Assembly: GCA_951406725.2 (NCBI GenBank)
Contig: OX597820.1
Coordinates: 35,898,001 to 35,962,000, forward strand
DNA from: Octopus vulgaris
Taxonomy: Eukaryota
Direction of reading: 5' to 3'
DNA length: 64,000 bases
Shown: positions 12,431 through 26,104 of the stretch, piece after piece
Position numbering within the stretch: the stretch's first letter is position 1
How the letters are laid out: each line of letters begins with the position of its first letter
The notes under the pieces: model-generated
What the model was told of the DNA's origin: nothing
The model's database searches: none
Seen by the model: the letters and a program-made list of their open reading frames with translations, nothing else
Translations under genes and position numbers: made by a program

Positions 12431-12828
12431 TAAAGAGATAGAGAATGAACATGTGCGTGTGTGTTTGTGTGTGTGTACTGTGCGGCTATCACTATGTGTG
12501 AGTGTGTGTGCGTACAAGTACGTAACTGTGTGTTTCCGCTCCTGTGCATGAGAAGTGGTGAGATGGGTATATATATATATATATGTGAGCGAGAGTATAA
12601 GTTTATATACGCATTGGCGCGTTTCTATTTTTATGTATGTATATATGTATATTTGCATGTACGTATTTTTGTATATGTATGAGTAATTACGTAAATAATA
12701 TGTAAGTATGGATGGATGGATGGATGGATGGATGGATGGATGGATGGATAGACGGATGGAGGGAGGGAGGGATGGATGGAGGGAGGGAGGGAGGGATGGA
12801 TGGATGGATGGAGGGATGGATGGATGGA

Positions 12829-13325
12829 TACTCTTTTACTCTTTTACTTGTTTCAGTCATTTGACTGTGGCCATGCTGGAACACCACCTTTAGTCGAGCA
12901 AATCGACCCCAGGACTTATTCTTTGTAAGCCTAGTACTTATTCTATCGGTCTCTTTTGCCGAACCGCTAAGTTACGGGGATGTAAGCACACCAGCAGTGG
13001 TTGTCAAGTGATGCTGGGGGACAAACAGACACACAAACATATACATACATATACATATATATATATATATATGAATGGCGGTACCCCAGCATGGCCACAG
13101 CTCGTGAGCTGAAACTAGGTAAAATAAAATAAAAAATAATATATATATATATATATATATACATATACGACGGACTTCTTCCAGTTTCCGTCTACCAAAT
13201 CCACTCACAAGGCTTTGGTCGGCCCGAGGCTATAGTAGAAGACACTTGCCCATGATGCCACGTAGTGGGACTGAACCCGGGACCATGTGGTTGGTAAGCA
13301 AGCTACTTACCACACAGCCACTCCA
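12829..13325 (-). mobile_element. SINE family A with a LINE 3' tail inserted in its internal (TA)n
   Basis: Family A on the minus strand; plus-strand ggcggtaccccagcatggccacagctcgtgagctgaaactag at about 13077-13120 matches the LINE tail at 5935-5977. Confidence 0.88.
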
Positions 13326-13469
13326 TGCATGTATGTATGTATATGTGTATTTGTCACTGCATCTATGAATCTATATATGTGTGTATATACACATATATAT
13401 CTGTCTGTCTATTCTTGTGTCAATATACATATATTTATCTCTACGTGTGTATATGCAACAGTTAAATAC

Positions 13470-13870
13470 TAAACTTCTGCTATGTTATACTGTATATTCT
13501 ATTTTCACAGTGCTTTTAATAGTTTGTAAATATAATTTCTTCATTATCTCCTTCCTGTCTTGTTCTGTGGAGCCCAACTTCTCAAAACTGATCATAAGGA
13601 ATTTAGCTATCCATCCAAACACCCTAATAACCACGTGCCTCGGTTGTTGTATCTGAGAAGCTTTCATTAGTTTGGTATGGATGTTTTCCTTTTATCTTCA
13701 GCTTCATGTTAAAGTCTGCTGAACAATTGATTTTTTACAACCGCGCACACTTCCTGTTCTCCTTTGTCTTATATCGGTCTGCTGTGCTTGCATTCTACAA
13801 AATCTTTGGCAGGAATATTCCACCAGTATTCTTCCATATTATGGCTGAATATATTCTTTCTATTTTTCCC
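13470..13870 (-). mobile_element. Degenerate RLE-type non-LTR retrotransposon C-terminus (family D)
   Basis: Minus-strand peptides EYWWNIP...CKHSRP...ISCSADFN and FEKLG...QTIKSTVKI; homologous to 53560-53990. Confidence 0.6.
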
Positions 13871-14077
13871 AGAGTTGCTGTGTGGGTTTTGGTCGCCAAT
13901 TTGTGCCAAATTAATTGTCCCTTAGTTTAAACGTAACATACTTTCGTCGACAAACCCGTAGTAACCGTCAGCAGTCTGTACGCCCCGAACGGATTGGCTA
14001 ACACAACATCATACCTCATAGGTATATACTGTCACGATGACAGTTTCAAACAGTCACATCCTAAAGGCTTGCATCTT

Positions 14078-14460
14078 TATTACTCTTTTGCTTGTTTCAG
14101 TCATTTGACTGTGGCCATGCTGGAGCACCGCCTTTAGTCGAGCAAATCGATCCCAGGACTTATTCTTTGTAAGCCTAGTACTTATTCTATCGGTCTCTTG
14201 CCGAACCCCTATGTTACGGGGATGTAAACACACCAGCAATGGTTGTCAGGCGATGTTGGGGGGACAAACACAGACACACAAACATATACACACACATATA
14301 TATATATATATATATACATATATACGACTGTCTTTTTTCAGTTTCCGTCTACCAAATCCATTCACAAGGCTTTGGTCGGCTCGAGGCTATAGTAGAAGAC
14401 ACTTGCCCTAGGTGCCACGCAGGGCGACTGAACCCAGAACCATGCGGTTCGTAAGCTACC
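14078..14460 (-). mobile_element. SINE family A
   Basis: Reverse-complement match to family A. Confidence 0.9.
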
Positions 14461-15121
14461 TGACTGCGCATGCACCTGCCAGCCTACTCTAATTAGACAC
14501 AAATGGCAACAGTTTGCTTTACATTCACTTTAAAATATAAGTTTTCAATCAGAAATTAACCAATTATGCAGGGTGTCCACAAATTACGTACATATGTATG
14601 ATGTAAATGTGCAATTATGTATGTATGTATGTATGTATGTATGTATGTATGTATGTATGTATGTATGTATGTATGTATGTACGTATGTATGTATGTATGT
14701 ACGTATGTATGTGGAACTTTGATGTGTAACCAAATGGCTCAGCACCAATCTTGAGAAATTAGTTCTCGAAAGCGGAAAGGAGAATGTTAATTAGAACACT
14801 ACTACAGATACAAGCCATCAATGAAATTGTTTCAATATGCTAAACTTTCAAAAACGTTTAGCATTTAAGTACATATGCACGTGTCAAGACATGCCTCTAT
14901 ATATGTGATCGCACATACATAATGCTAAACATACAGATCTGCGACCAAATATTTGCATATGTCAACTAGACCGTTGATGCTGCTGAAATTCCAGTGAAGA
15001 AGCCTTAGATGTAGATTAGAACTCGACTCCTTTCTTCATTGGTGAGAAATCTAGAAATAAGCTAGATGATAGCATATATACATACATGTATACACACACA
15101 CATCCATCCATCCATCCATCC

Positions 15122-15152
<31 letters not shown>

Positions 15153-16112
15153 CATACATACATACATACATACATACATACATACATGCATGCATGCATA
15201 CATACATAGATACATACATACATGCATGCATGCATGCATACATACATACATACATACATGCATACATACATACATACATACATACATACATACATACATA
15301 AATATGTACATAGATACATACATGCATGCATACATGCATGCATACATACATATATACATACATAGATACATACATGCATGCATGCATGCATGCATACATA
15401 CATACATACATACATACATACATACATACATACATACATACATACATACATACATACATACATACATACATACATACATACATACATACATACATGTTGC
15501 TTTGACAGTCTTCGAGTCCATGAAAGACGAATCCGCTATTTCTTGCTGATCAACCGACTCAGATGATTTGATTATAGTGATCAACTGTTTGTACTGTACA
15601 ATAGCTCACTCTCTCCATCAAATCGACATTTCCTTTACATCAAGTCGGCGTTCCCTTTTGTCCCACATGTCAGATTCGAAGTGATCGCAGAGTTAAGTGA
15701 AATTAGGTATTTTGCATAAGAACACTACGCAACACTCGCTCTGGGAATCGAAACCACCATCTTGCGATTGTGAGTGCAACATCCCAACTACTAGACCACA
15801 CACCCTTACTACATACGTACATACATACTAAGAATATGGGTGTGCAGGACCATCCGCTGATAAATAGATCAGGAAATCTTTCAGCTGATGCCATATTGGT
15901 TTCAAGTTTTGGCACAAGGCCAGTCAGTTCAGGGAAGCGGGTAGGTCGATTACAATTTTGCCCGGCGCACTAACTAGTCTGTCAGCTCGCCGCCTTAAGC
16001 TGACGTCATATTGTAGAGCTGCGCAACATCCCTGGGTGTCTAAACTCGGATCGCCAGCTAGGGAAAACTTCCCAAAGAGCTACTCACCAATTGTAAGGAT
16101 ACTATTTGCGTC

Positions 16113-16481
16113 AGGCGTGGCTGAGTGGTAGGAAGCTTGCTTCCCAACCACATGGTTCCAGGTTCATTCCCACAGCGTGGAACGTTGAGTTAGTATTGAC
16201 TACTATAAGCCTTGGCCGACCAAAACCTTATGAGTGGATTTGGTAGGCGGAAAAGGAAAGAAGCCTGTCGCATATATATGTATATATGCGTATATAGACG
16301 TATTTTAGGCGTAGGAGTGGCTGTGTGGTAAGTAGCTTGCTTACCAACCACATGGTTCCGTGTTCAGTACCACTGCGTGGCACTTTGGGTGTCTTCTACT
16401 ATAGCCTCGGGCCGACCAAAACCTTGTGAGTGGATTTGGTAGACGGAAACTGAAAGAAGCCCGTCGTATATATGTATATAA

Positions 16482-16512
<31 letters not shown>

Positions 16513-16748
16513 TGTGTGTGTGTATATATGTTTGTGTGTCTGTGTTTGTTCCCCAGCATCGCTTGACAACCGATGCTGGTGTGTTTACGTCCCCGTAACT
16601 TGGCTGTTCGGCAAAAGAGACCGATAGAATAAAGTACTAGGCTTACAAAGAATAGGTCGTGGGGTCGATTTTCTCGACTAAAGGCGGTGCTCCAGCATGG
16701 TCACAGTCAAGTGACTGGAACAAGTAAACGAGTAAAAGAATAAAAGAG
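16113..16748 (+). mobile_element. Two tandem SINE family A copies (head-only 16113-16270; full 16308-16748)
   Basis: Two family A heads and one tail. Confidence 0.9.
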
Positions 16749-17524
16749 TCCACAGATAAGCCTCAAAAATCGCTGAATGGTAGACGTTGACGAATAGAGC
16801 TGAAACGACATTCATTGGGTGCTAGAATCGTTTTAACCCTTTGCCTCCATAGAGCCCGGTTAAAGTAGAAGTGTTCAATAGTGCTGTTGATGTCAACATT
16901 TCCGGTAGTTGTTAATTATTAGCTACCATGTTTTAATATCAACGGCCCGGATCTCATATAGCGTCCAATAAACCCAGATATTGGTATGAGTGGTTGAATG
17001 GTGTGGGCGTAGCGAAATTAGGAAGCAAGAGGTTAAAGCTCTTGCTATACATAAAGGGAAGCGAAATATCCTCTGAGCTATTAAATATTGTTCGTTAAAG
17101 AGGAGAGACCACAAGTGTTTTTGTCCCTTGGCGTTGAGAATGATTGCTTATGCCATAGTGTAAGCGAATACGTGCATATGTGTGTGTGTGTGTGCATGCA
17201 CGAGTATGTGTGTGTGTGTGTTTATGCCTGCGTCTGTCTTTGTGTGTGAGTGTGAGTCTTTATGTGTGTTAGTGTTTGTGTGTGTGTGTGTGTGTGTGTG
17301 CGGGGGAGTGAATGAATTGTACATTTCTGCCAATATAATTAAGTGTATAATTAACTCGGAATTTTGATTAGACAATGCATAAACACACATATACATAAAC
17401 ATGCGTAAACACACAAACACGTACAGTACAAGCATATACATAATCATGTGTGCGTGTGTGTGTGTGTGTTTGTGTGTGTGTATATCCATATATATATATA
17501 TATATATACATACATATATATATA

Positions 17525-18206
17525 CGAGGGGAAGTCAAAAGTTATCCACACTTTCGCCATAACATATCTTTAATATTGTCATACTGCCTTCTGCGCTTGC
17601 GTATTTATAGTTGGTACTATTGTGGTCTCGTAACAGAAGTTTGAGCTTGATCGCGCCATCTTTCTTTTGGCTTTACATTATAAGCATGGCCGTTCCACTA
17701 ACAATATACACCAAAGAAGAACAAGGAGCAGTGATCCGATTTCTCAGGAAAAGAGGTGTACGATCAACAGTGCAAGATACAGTGCTTTGCTGACCAACAA
17801 ACTGAAGCCAGCAATCAGCATCAAACGCCGAAGCCTATAGTCGAAGAAAGTTTTGTCGTTGCATGACAATGCACGCTTACACACGGTCCTCATACCGTTG
17901 AAACCATTAACCAATTGGGTTTTGAGATGCTGGAACACCCAGATTTCGCGCCTTCCGGCTATCATGTCTTTGGACCGTTCATCGATTTCCTACAGATAAA
18001 GATGTGAAGGAAGCGCTGCATAAATGGTTGCACGACAAACCGCAAACCTTCTTCTTGGATGGAATATGCAAGTTTGTGAACCACTGGACCAAGTTCATCG
18101 AAAAGGAAGGAGACTATATAGAAGAATGATGTACTTGTATATCCTCAGCTATTGTGTAAATACATTGAAAACAACAAAAGTGCGTATATTTTTTGACTCT
18201 CCTTCG
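17525..18206 (+). mobile_element. Degenerate internally deleted mariner element
   Basis: TA then CGAGGGGAAGTCAAAA ... TTTTGACTCTCCTTCG TIRs; remnants YTKEEQGAVIRFL, LHDNARLH, LGFEMLEH, W...FIEKEGDY. Confidence 0.85.
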
Positions 18207-18317
18207 TGTGTGTGTCTGTGTGTGTGTTTGTGTGTTTGTGTGTTTGTGTGTGTGTGTGCGCGCGTGCGTGCGTGTGTGCGTGTGTGTTTGTGTGTGTGTG
18301 CGTGCGTGCGTGCGTGT

Positions 18318-18380
<63 letters not shown>

Positions 18381-19038
18381 TGTAGGACGGGCTTCTTTTA
18401 CTTTCCATATATCAGATCCACTCACCAGGCTTTAGTCGGCCTGAGGGTATATTAGAGGACGTTTGATAAAGGCGCCACGCAGTGAAACTAAACCCGGAAC
18501 AAGCAAACTTCTCACCCCACTCAACCATACCTGCGCCTATATCTGTATACACACACACATACACACACACATATACATACATACATACACACATACATAC
18601 ATACATACATACATACATACATACATACATACATACATACATACATACATGCATACATACATACAGGATTATGTACATGCAAATATATATACATACGTTT
18701 GTGGATACATATACTTACGTACATATAGTTACATACACACATAGTATAGCATGCATAGAGACATACGTGCATACAGACTTGTACACACGCACATATATAC
18801 ACACACGCACACACACACATACACATATACATGCATACATACATACATGCATACATACATACATACATACATACATACATACATACATACATACATACAT
18901 ACATACATACATACAAGCATCTATGCATATATATATATATGCATAATTACCGACCAACTGAAAAACAGGATCCTCCCGGATGTTAAAAATCCCTCAGATT
19001 ACATCATCATCATTAACGTCGTCGTCATCATCATCATC

Positions 19039-19097
<59 letters not shown>

Positions 19098-19480
19098 TGA
19101 TTTCTCTTCTCTTGCCTTCAGTCATTTTTTTTAAATACGATTCAGTGCGTGTGTATTTGTGTTTGTCTCTGGGTATGAGTGCGTGTGTGCGCGTGTGCGT
19201 GCCTTGATATGTGTGTATTTGTGTAAGTGTATGTGTATATGTATGCGTCTGTTTTGTGTGTATCTGAGCTATTGTCTTGTGTGTTGTTTGGGATGGGGTG
19301 TTGCAGTTCTACTTCTCACCTGCTTGCTATAATCTTGCTTACAGCTTCCTGACTCAAGCTCCCCATGGTTAAACTACAAAGTAATCAAGTGTATAAGACA
19401 TCCCTCTAGGTATACATCTCTCTCGCACCCTTCCTCTCTCTGTCTGTCTGTCTCTGTCTGTCTGTCTCTCTGTCTGTCTC

Positions 19481-19530
<50 letters not shown>

Positions 19531-19914
19531 TCTCTCTCTTTCTCTCTATCTCTCTCTCATCCCTTTTTCTTCAAAAATATCAGGCTAAGCCTCCCTGAAG
19601 CTACACACCATGACTGGGTCCATTATAGTCTACCAACTAATTTGGCAGGGGAACTCGGAACAGCAGTAGCCCAATGTCACACACACGCACACACATACAC
19701 ACACACACACACACACAATCATACTCATTCATACACTCACGCACACATATACACAGGCCGACATCGGTGATACTTAACAGCCCCTATTTCCTTGCTCCGT
19801 TGTCGACCTACATGAACAGTGTGCAAGTTCACATTGGTGGACATGCCTTGGTACTTGACCACTACTATCTCCCTTCAGTGCTAGCTGACTCATAAAATAA
19901 GTACAAGGCTAAAC

Positions 19915-20492
19915 CAGAGTATTTGAAACCTTCTTTTTTTATCTATGGACCCTTTGATTCCTATTTTACTTGGTGGAACCCTCCGAGACATTCGATGTTA
20001 AAAAGAAAATCAAGAGTGGCTGTGTGGTAAGTAGCTTGCGTACAAATCACATGGATTCGGGTTCAGTCCCACTGCGTGGTATCTTGGACAAGTGTCTTCT
20101 ACTATAGCCTGTATGTGTGTGTGTGTGTGTGTGAGTGTTTCTGTGTCTGAGTTTGTCCCCCCAACATCGCTTGACAACCGGTGCTGGTGTGTTTACGTTC
20201 TCGTAACTTAGCAATTCGGCAAAAGAGACCGATAGAATAAGTACTAGGCTTACAAAGAATAAGTCCTGTGGTCGATTTGCTCGACTAAAGGTAGTGCTCC
20301 AGCATGGCCACAGTCAAATGACTTAAACAAGTAAAAGAATAAAAGAATAGAAGAATGTTTTTATAATTAAATGTTATTATGGATTGTATAAAAATAACTG
20401 AAAATATTTTGTGTATTCTAAAAGGATAACCAATTTATTGCTCATAAATTCTAACAACAAAATCTTGTATGGATTCCGGTTGAAAACCTCTG
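19915..20492. mobile_element. hAT (Charlie-like) MITE carrying a SINE A insertion (20013-20347)
   Basis: Ends CAGAGTATTTGAAACC / GGTTGAAAACCTCTG; 8-bp TSD ggctaaac (19907-19914) / ggttaaac (20493-20500). Confidence 0.7.
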
Positions 20493-20561
20493 GGTTAAAC
20501 CCTTCAAAGCAGTGATCCAGCATAGCCGCAGTTAAATGACTGAAACAAGTGAAAGTGTTAA

Positions 20562-20683
<122 letters not shown>

Positions 20684-20738
20684 GTTCCGTGTGTGTGCGT
20701 ATACTGTTCCGCGTGTGTGTGTTATACTCTTCCGGATC

Positions 20739-20791
<53 letters not shown>

Positions 20792-20919
20792 ATGATCTAC
20801 AAGCACTCAAGCAAACTGAGTCCTCAACTTGTCCCATTTGCCAAAAGGTTTTGCAAGGCACCAACAGGCTTCAAGAGATACATTCGTATCCATAGAACAT
20901 GATTAACGCTTTATTTTAC

Positions 20920-21165
20920 TGAACCCTCATTTGTCGTTCACGACAGGGAGATAGATTTAGAAAGCAACTAATTTCTATCTTTAATCAATTAGGACTTAAA
21001 ATTATAGTAGCCACTAATCTCTCAATAGTTGATTATTTAGATGTTTCCATAGATTTAAACTCCGCCTCCTCCTCCTCCTCCTCCTCCTCGTATAAACCTT
21101 TCCATAAGCCTAATGAGAAACTCGCATATATAAATAAACAGTCTTGTCACCCTCCTGTAATATTT
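20920..21165 (+). pseudogene. Penelope-like reverse transcriptase fragment
   Basis: Translates DRFRKQLISIFNQLGLKIIVATNLSIVDYLDVSIDL...YKPFHKPNEKLAYINKQSCHPP, characteristic of PLE RT C-terminal motifs (FLDV...YKP..KP...YI...S.HPP). Confidence 0.85.
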
Positions 21166-21697
21166 TTTGAAAAATCGGAAAATTTCTTCTATTCCTGACT
21201 GATTTCATATCTTTCCAGACTTAAAATTTAAGGTCTAAGGAAGATATCTCTTTTACCTTTTTACTTATTATTTTTTATATTTTAGCTTCTGTTTTTCGTT
21301 TTCCGTATGTCGTTTTCCCTTGTTTACTGTCTACGTTTTCTATATGCTGCATTCTCAAGTTTTTCGAGTTTCTTCTATTATTCCATCCCTTTAGTTCGTT
21401 ATGATATGTGGTTTGGGCCTGAAGAATGTTTGAGTTTTCTCAACATATGAAACTATTAGTAGCGTTTTAACATATGTATGGTGACCTTTAAATAATATTC
21501 ATCTCTCACCAGATGGAGTACATTTTTTTGTTGAATTTTCTATTACGGATCAGTACATCATATATATATATATATATATATAGAATAAAACTTATATATA
21601 AAGAACGTGAAATTCACGAATTGACAAACACAGAAAAACGGACAGTAATTCAGAGCCTTCATTCTTCAGTCAGAAACCGATTCATCATGGCAAATTT

Positions 21698-21753
<56 letters not shown>

Positions 21754-21856
21754 CATATCAAAGGGAAATGGAATTTAATTAAAATTAAAATATTCAATCA
21801 AAATTTACATTTCCAGTGGTCTAACGTGCAAAAAACATTAGTCAAGATGACTATAT

Positions 21857-21982
21857 ATTAATCATACGATATAGTGTATATTTATACACATAAGGAATCC
21901 ACTTAACGTGAATTCAACGTGTTGAATTCACGTTAAGTGGATTCCTTATGTGTATAAATATACACTATATCGTATGATTAAT
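21857..21982. repeat. Perfect palindrome, 62-bp arms with 2-nt spacer
   Basis: 21857-21918 is the exact reverse complement of 21921-21982. Confidence 0.95.
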
Positions 21983-22036
21983 TATATATATATATAAATA
22001 TCCGAGTTTGTAGTTTGTATGACTGTGTATAGAACA

Positions 22037-22585
22037 ATATGTTAATCAATGAAATTCCTACTTCGGCTGAATTTCACGTTCTATTGTTTGCAATTTTTAC
22101 AATTCTAAAATTTTACAGAAATCTCATGCGTTATGCAATCATGAGGTGTATGTAGTGACAATCATGTTCCGTAGTTGATAACAGTTGTCAATTGTGGGAC
22201 ACGACTATCACTACGGAAACCTATTGATTGCATAACACATGAAAGTAATATATTTCTTTACTACCCACAAGGGGCTAAACACAGAGGGGACAAACAAGGA
22301 CAGACAAACGGATTAAGTCGATTACATCGACCCCAGTGCGTAACTGGTACTTAATTTATCGACCCCGAAAGGATGAAAGGCAAAGTCGACCTCGGCAGAA
22401 TTTGAACTCAGAACGTAACGACAGACGAAATACGGCTACGCATTTCGCCCGGCATGCTAACGTTTCTGCCAGCTCGCCGCCTTCACACATGAAAGTAATA
22501 GTTTATTTCAATATTGTAAAATTGTAAAAATTGCAAATAATAAAACGTGAAATCAGACTAATTTGGAATTTGATTGATTAACATG
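22037..22585. mobile_element. Fold-back MITE-like element interrupted by a SINE B
   Basis: Arm atgttaatcaatgaaattcc...tttcacgttctattgtttgcaatttttacaatt versus aattgtaaaaattgcaaataataaaacgtgaaa...ggaatttgattgattaacat; inner arms also pair. Confidence 0.65.
22251..22484 (-). mobile_element. Full-length SINE family B, tail type 1
   Basis: 16-bp TSD acacatgaaagtaata at 22235-22250 and 22485-22500. Confidence 0.95.
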
Positions 22586-22746
22586 TGTGTGTGCGTGTGT
22601 GTGTGTCTGTGAGTGTGTATGCATGCTTGTATGCATGTATGTATGTATTCATGCATGTGTGTGTAAATCTTGTCAATCAAACACCAACAACATACAGACT
22701 ACACGATACAGGCATCACCTGAGGTGGTTCGGATATGTAATGCCCA

Positions 22747-22900
22747 AGTTCAAATTCCGCCGAGGTTGACTTTGCCTTTCATCCTTTCGGAGTCGATAAA
22801 TTAAGTACCAGTTACGCACTGGGGTCGATGTAATTGCCTTAATCCCTTTGTCCTTGTTTGTCCTCTCTATGTTTAGCCCCTTGTGGGCAATAAAGAAATA
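22747..22900 (+). mobile_element. 5'-truncated SINE family B, tail type 1
   Basis: TSD ggatatgtaatg at 22731-22742 and 22901-22912. Confidence 0.9.
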
Positions 22901-23662
22901 GGATATGTAATGTCCGTGCGTCACTCGTTTTCTCGTTAAAATCCTTTATAGTCTGTAGCCAGGTCCATGATAGCAATATTATAGGCACCTGGGCAAATCA
23001 AGGCACTGACTCCTATAGTATTTATTTATTGCCAGCAAGTCACAGCATACATAGGTTAGAATGAGGCCGCCAGGCAACAGCTCAGTGTGCCAACACCTGA
23101 AAATGGCGCTGATCATAACCAATGTTTAATTGAAAAATAAAAGAAGTGGTTCAAGAGTACAGTGAGAAAGGATTATCAATCCATTAAAAATTGGACGATA
23201 TTCATTCCTGCCTGTCATTTTGGTTAGTGTCACTGTTTGAAGAACATTGAAGACATACACATGTACACACACTCATGCATATTGTATACCCGTGCTTCCA
23301 TCTATTCATCCATCCATCCATTCATCCATCCGGCCATCTATCCTTACATACACACATGAATCCTGAAAACCGACCAATCGAAAGACAGGGTGTACCCGGA
23401 TGAAGAAAGTTCTTAAGTATGCTTCATCACCACCATCATCATCATCATCATCGCACTACTCTCGTCACAATCACCACCAGAATTATCATCATCATCGTGG
23501 TCGTCGTCATCATCACCATCATCATCATTAGCAACAATAACAATAATAATGACACGACTTCTCCTTACCAGTTTCCTTCAGTCAGTTTGTTCCGTCCTGT
23601 TCGCAGCTGGAATTTATTAACGGAAATAATTCAAATGTTTTTATTTTTAAACATAGTAAAAA

Positions 23663-23872
23663 TAATCCTTTTTGTTGAAGGCAAAAGGCCTTAAATTTGG
23701 GGGGAGAGGTCTAGTTGATTACATCGACCTCAGTATTCAACTGGTACTTATTTTATCGACCCCAAAAGGATAAAATGCAAAGTCGGAATTTGAACTCGGA
23801 ACGCAAAGACGGACGAAATGCCGCTAAGCATTTGGCCTGGGGTTCTAATGATTCTGCCAGCTCGACGCCTTA
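23663..23872 (-). mobile_element. SINE family B, tail type 2
   Basis: Family B; head abuts (TAA)n. Confidence 0.85.
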
Positions 23873-23895
23873 ATAATAATAATAATAATAATAAT

Positions 23896-23935
<40 letters not shown>

Positions 23936-23942
23936 CAGTAAA

Positions 23943-24498
23943 TGCCCTGACGCAGTACCAGGCAGTGGCTCTCATGGCTTCTGATCTTAACTGATTGGAA
24001 GTGTTATCATGTACATTGTTTTGTCTTGGTATAAAAGATGGGCTACAGCAAATATTCTGCTCAATACCACAGATTTGCTTGTCAGTTGTTTGACCTTAAC
24101 CAGTTGAGCATGTCCCTTAGTGGCTGACGATATGTGCATCTCTGATCACGAGCAGAAGTAGTGGGGGAGCATCATAGCCATGTGTTGAGAGGGATTCTTT
24201 GGGGTTTGAATAGTTCACCTCTGGAAACATGGGTGGTTCTTTCAACATCCTTAAACAACCCTTATTCAGGGACCGTTTGAGCGGGATGGGCTACTCAACC
24301 TGAAGAAAATTCTAACTGGGCCCCACCTGCAAGGTCATGTGCTGTTTATCTTGATATGAGATCACCATGTCGCGCACATATGGTTGTGATGCATGTGCCT
24401 GGTGTACCTTTATCAGACGGGTAGTCATGATGGGTATATTGGGCTTCGTATATTTTATCCCAGTGTCACTTTGATGGCATGAACTGCTCTCTCACTCA
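23943..24498 (+). mobile_element. 556-bp TAA-embedded non-coding element, copy 1
   Basis: TGCCCTGA...CTCACTCA; same length as copies at 47694 and 49236 and near-identical in sequence; (TAA)n on both sides. Confidence 0.9.
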
Positions 24499-24524
24499 AT
24501 AATAATAATAATAATAATAATAAT

Positions 24525-24737
24525 AATTTCTACAAAAAGCACAAGGCCTAAAAATTGCGTAGTGGGGACTAGTTGATTGCATCGACCCAGGTGTTTCAAA
24601 GGTAATTAACTTATCGACCTCGAAAGGATGAAAGGCAAAGTTGACCTCGGTAGTATTTGAAATCAGAACCTGAAGACGGACGAAAAGCCGCTAAGCATTT
24701 CACCGTGTGCTAACGATTCTGTCAGCTCACTGCCTTT
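24525..24737 (-). mobile_element. SINE family B, tail type 2
   Basis: Family B lying between (TAA)n tracts. Confidence 0.85.
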
Positions 24738-24764
24738 AATAATAATAATAATAATAATAATAAC

Positions 24765-24796
<32 letters not shown>

Positions 24797-24800
24797 CAAC

Positions 24801-24832
<32 letters not shown>

Positions 24833-24844
24833 CGATAATAAAAC

Positions 24845-24899
<55 letters not shown>

Positions 24900-24920
24900 T
24901 AATAATAATAATAATAAGAA

Positions 24921-24951
<31 letters not shown>

Positions 24952-24956
24952 AAGAA

Positions 24957-25010
<54 letters not shown>

Positions 25011-25649
25011 CAACAACAACAACACAAAACTTTAATATCTACAACTTCCGTGAATACCTATCCTTTCCTTTCTCCCGGAGTATTCAAAAATGTAAACATC
25101 CTATTTATTGCAAAAACACTACAGTCTTCTCTGATCGGACATACGAATGATAATCTCTAGAAAATTTTAAAACTTTAATATCTACAATTTTGTGTGAAAA
25201 TTTTATCTTTCCTCTCTCACTGACTATCCGAATATGTAAACATACCTCTTATTGCAACAACACAATTAAATGCACGATAAAAAATAATTTTAAAAATTAA
25301 GGAGGTAAGCACCTGCTAATTTATACAAACTGCATTATTACAAAAACTGTAAACCACAACTAAAATTTTTTAAAAGAAAGAAAAATTTTTTTACAAAAAT
25401 TCATAAATTCAAAAATTGAACGATGTGAACATCTTATATATTTTTATTATTATTTCTATCAGTAATTAAAAATAGAAGGAGGTGATTTGGTTCTTTTCAA
25501 GGCCAAGGTCAGCGCTCACATTGATCGCTAGTAGTAGTAAACACATTTGATATCTGCTGACACCAAGGGTGTGGTAATAAAACTGAAGCACCTAATGGTG
25601 ACAGTGTTGCATCCGACAGGCTCAGAGACTCCAGCCGTCTGTTGTTATC

Positions 25650-25807
25650 CTGCAAGGGACCAGCACTCGCAGCGTAAATTGAACAAACAAATTAATGCTG
25701 TGTTCATGGAGTGTTACTACCTGAACAACCATGTAGACGAAAATGGTGTTCATCTTAGGGGATACCGACAACGTATGTATGATCGATGGATAGAAAGAGG
25801 TTTTTAG
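25650..25807 (+). pseudogene. R4/Dong-like ORF N-terminal fragment
   Basis: RKLNKQINAVFMECYYLNN...RGYRQRMYDRW resembles the KW..E.N..VMECY...GYR.RM...W N-terminal block of Dong/R4 ORFs (compare KWTREDNKEVLAAFY in the 29574-29909 ORF). Confidence 0.55.
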
Positions 25808-25864
25808 ACTCCACATTCGAGTTACCTCTATTTCCAGGTCTTTGCGCTTTCAAAGTTTCTCCGT

Positions 25865-26038
25865 TTTTCTTTTTTTTTTCTCGAGAAACAGTCATCTGTT
25901 GGTATTGATACATCGATTAGAAAGCATTTTTTTCTTGGTGATCTCTGATAACAACATCCGGACTATTGGCGTTAATTTCTCTATCTGTGTGAATTGACAT
26001 ATCCTATAACATGGTTGCTTTTTCATTTTCTGTCACCT
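25865..26038 (-). pseudogene. Dong-like RLE endonuclease fragment (family C)
   Basis: Minus frame DMSIHTDREINANSPDVVIRDHQEKKCFLIDVSIP, homologous to IQTDRKIDANRPDIIL...CLLIDMTVP. Confidence 0.75.
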
Positions 26039-26103
<65 letters not shown>

Positions 26104-26104
<1 letters not shown>

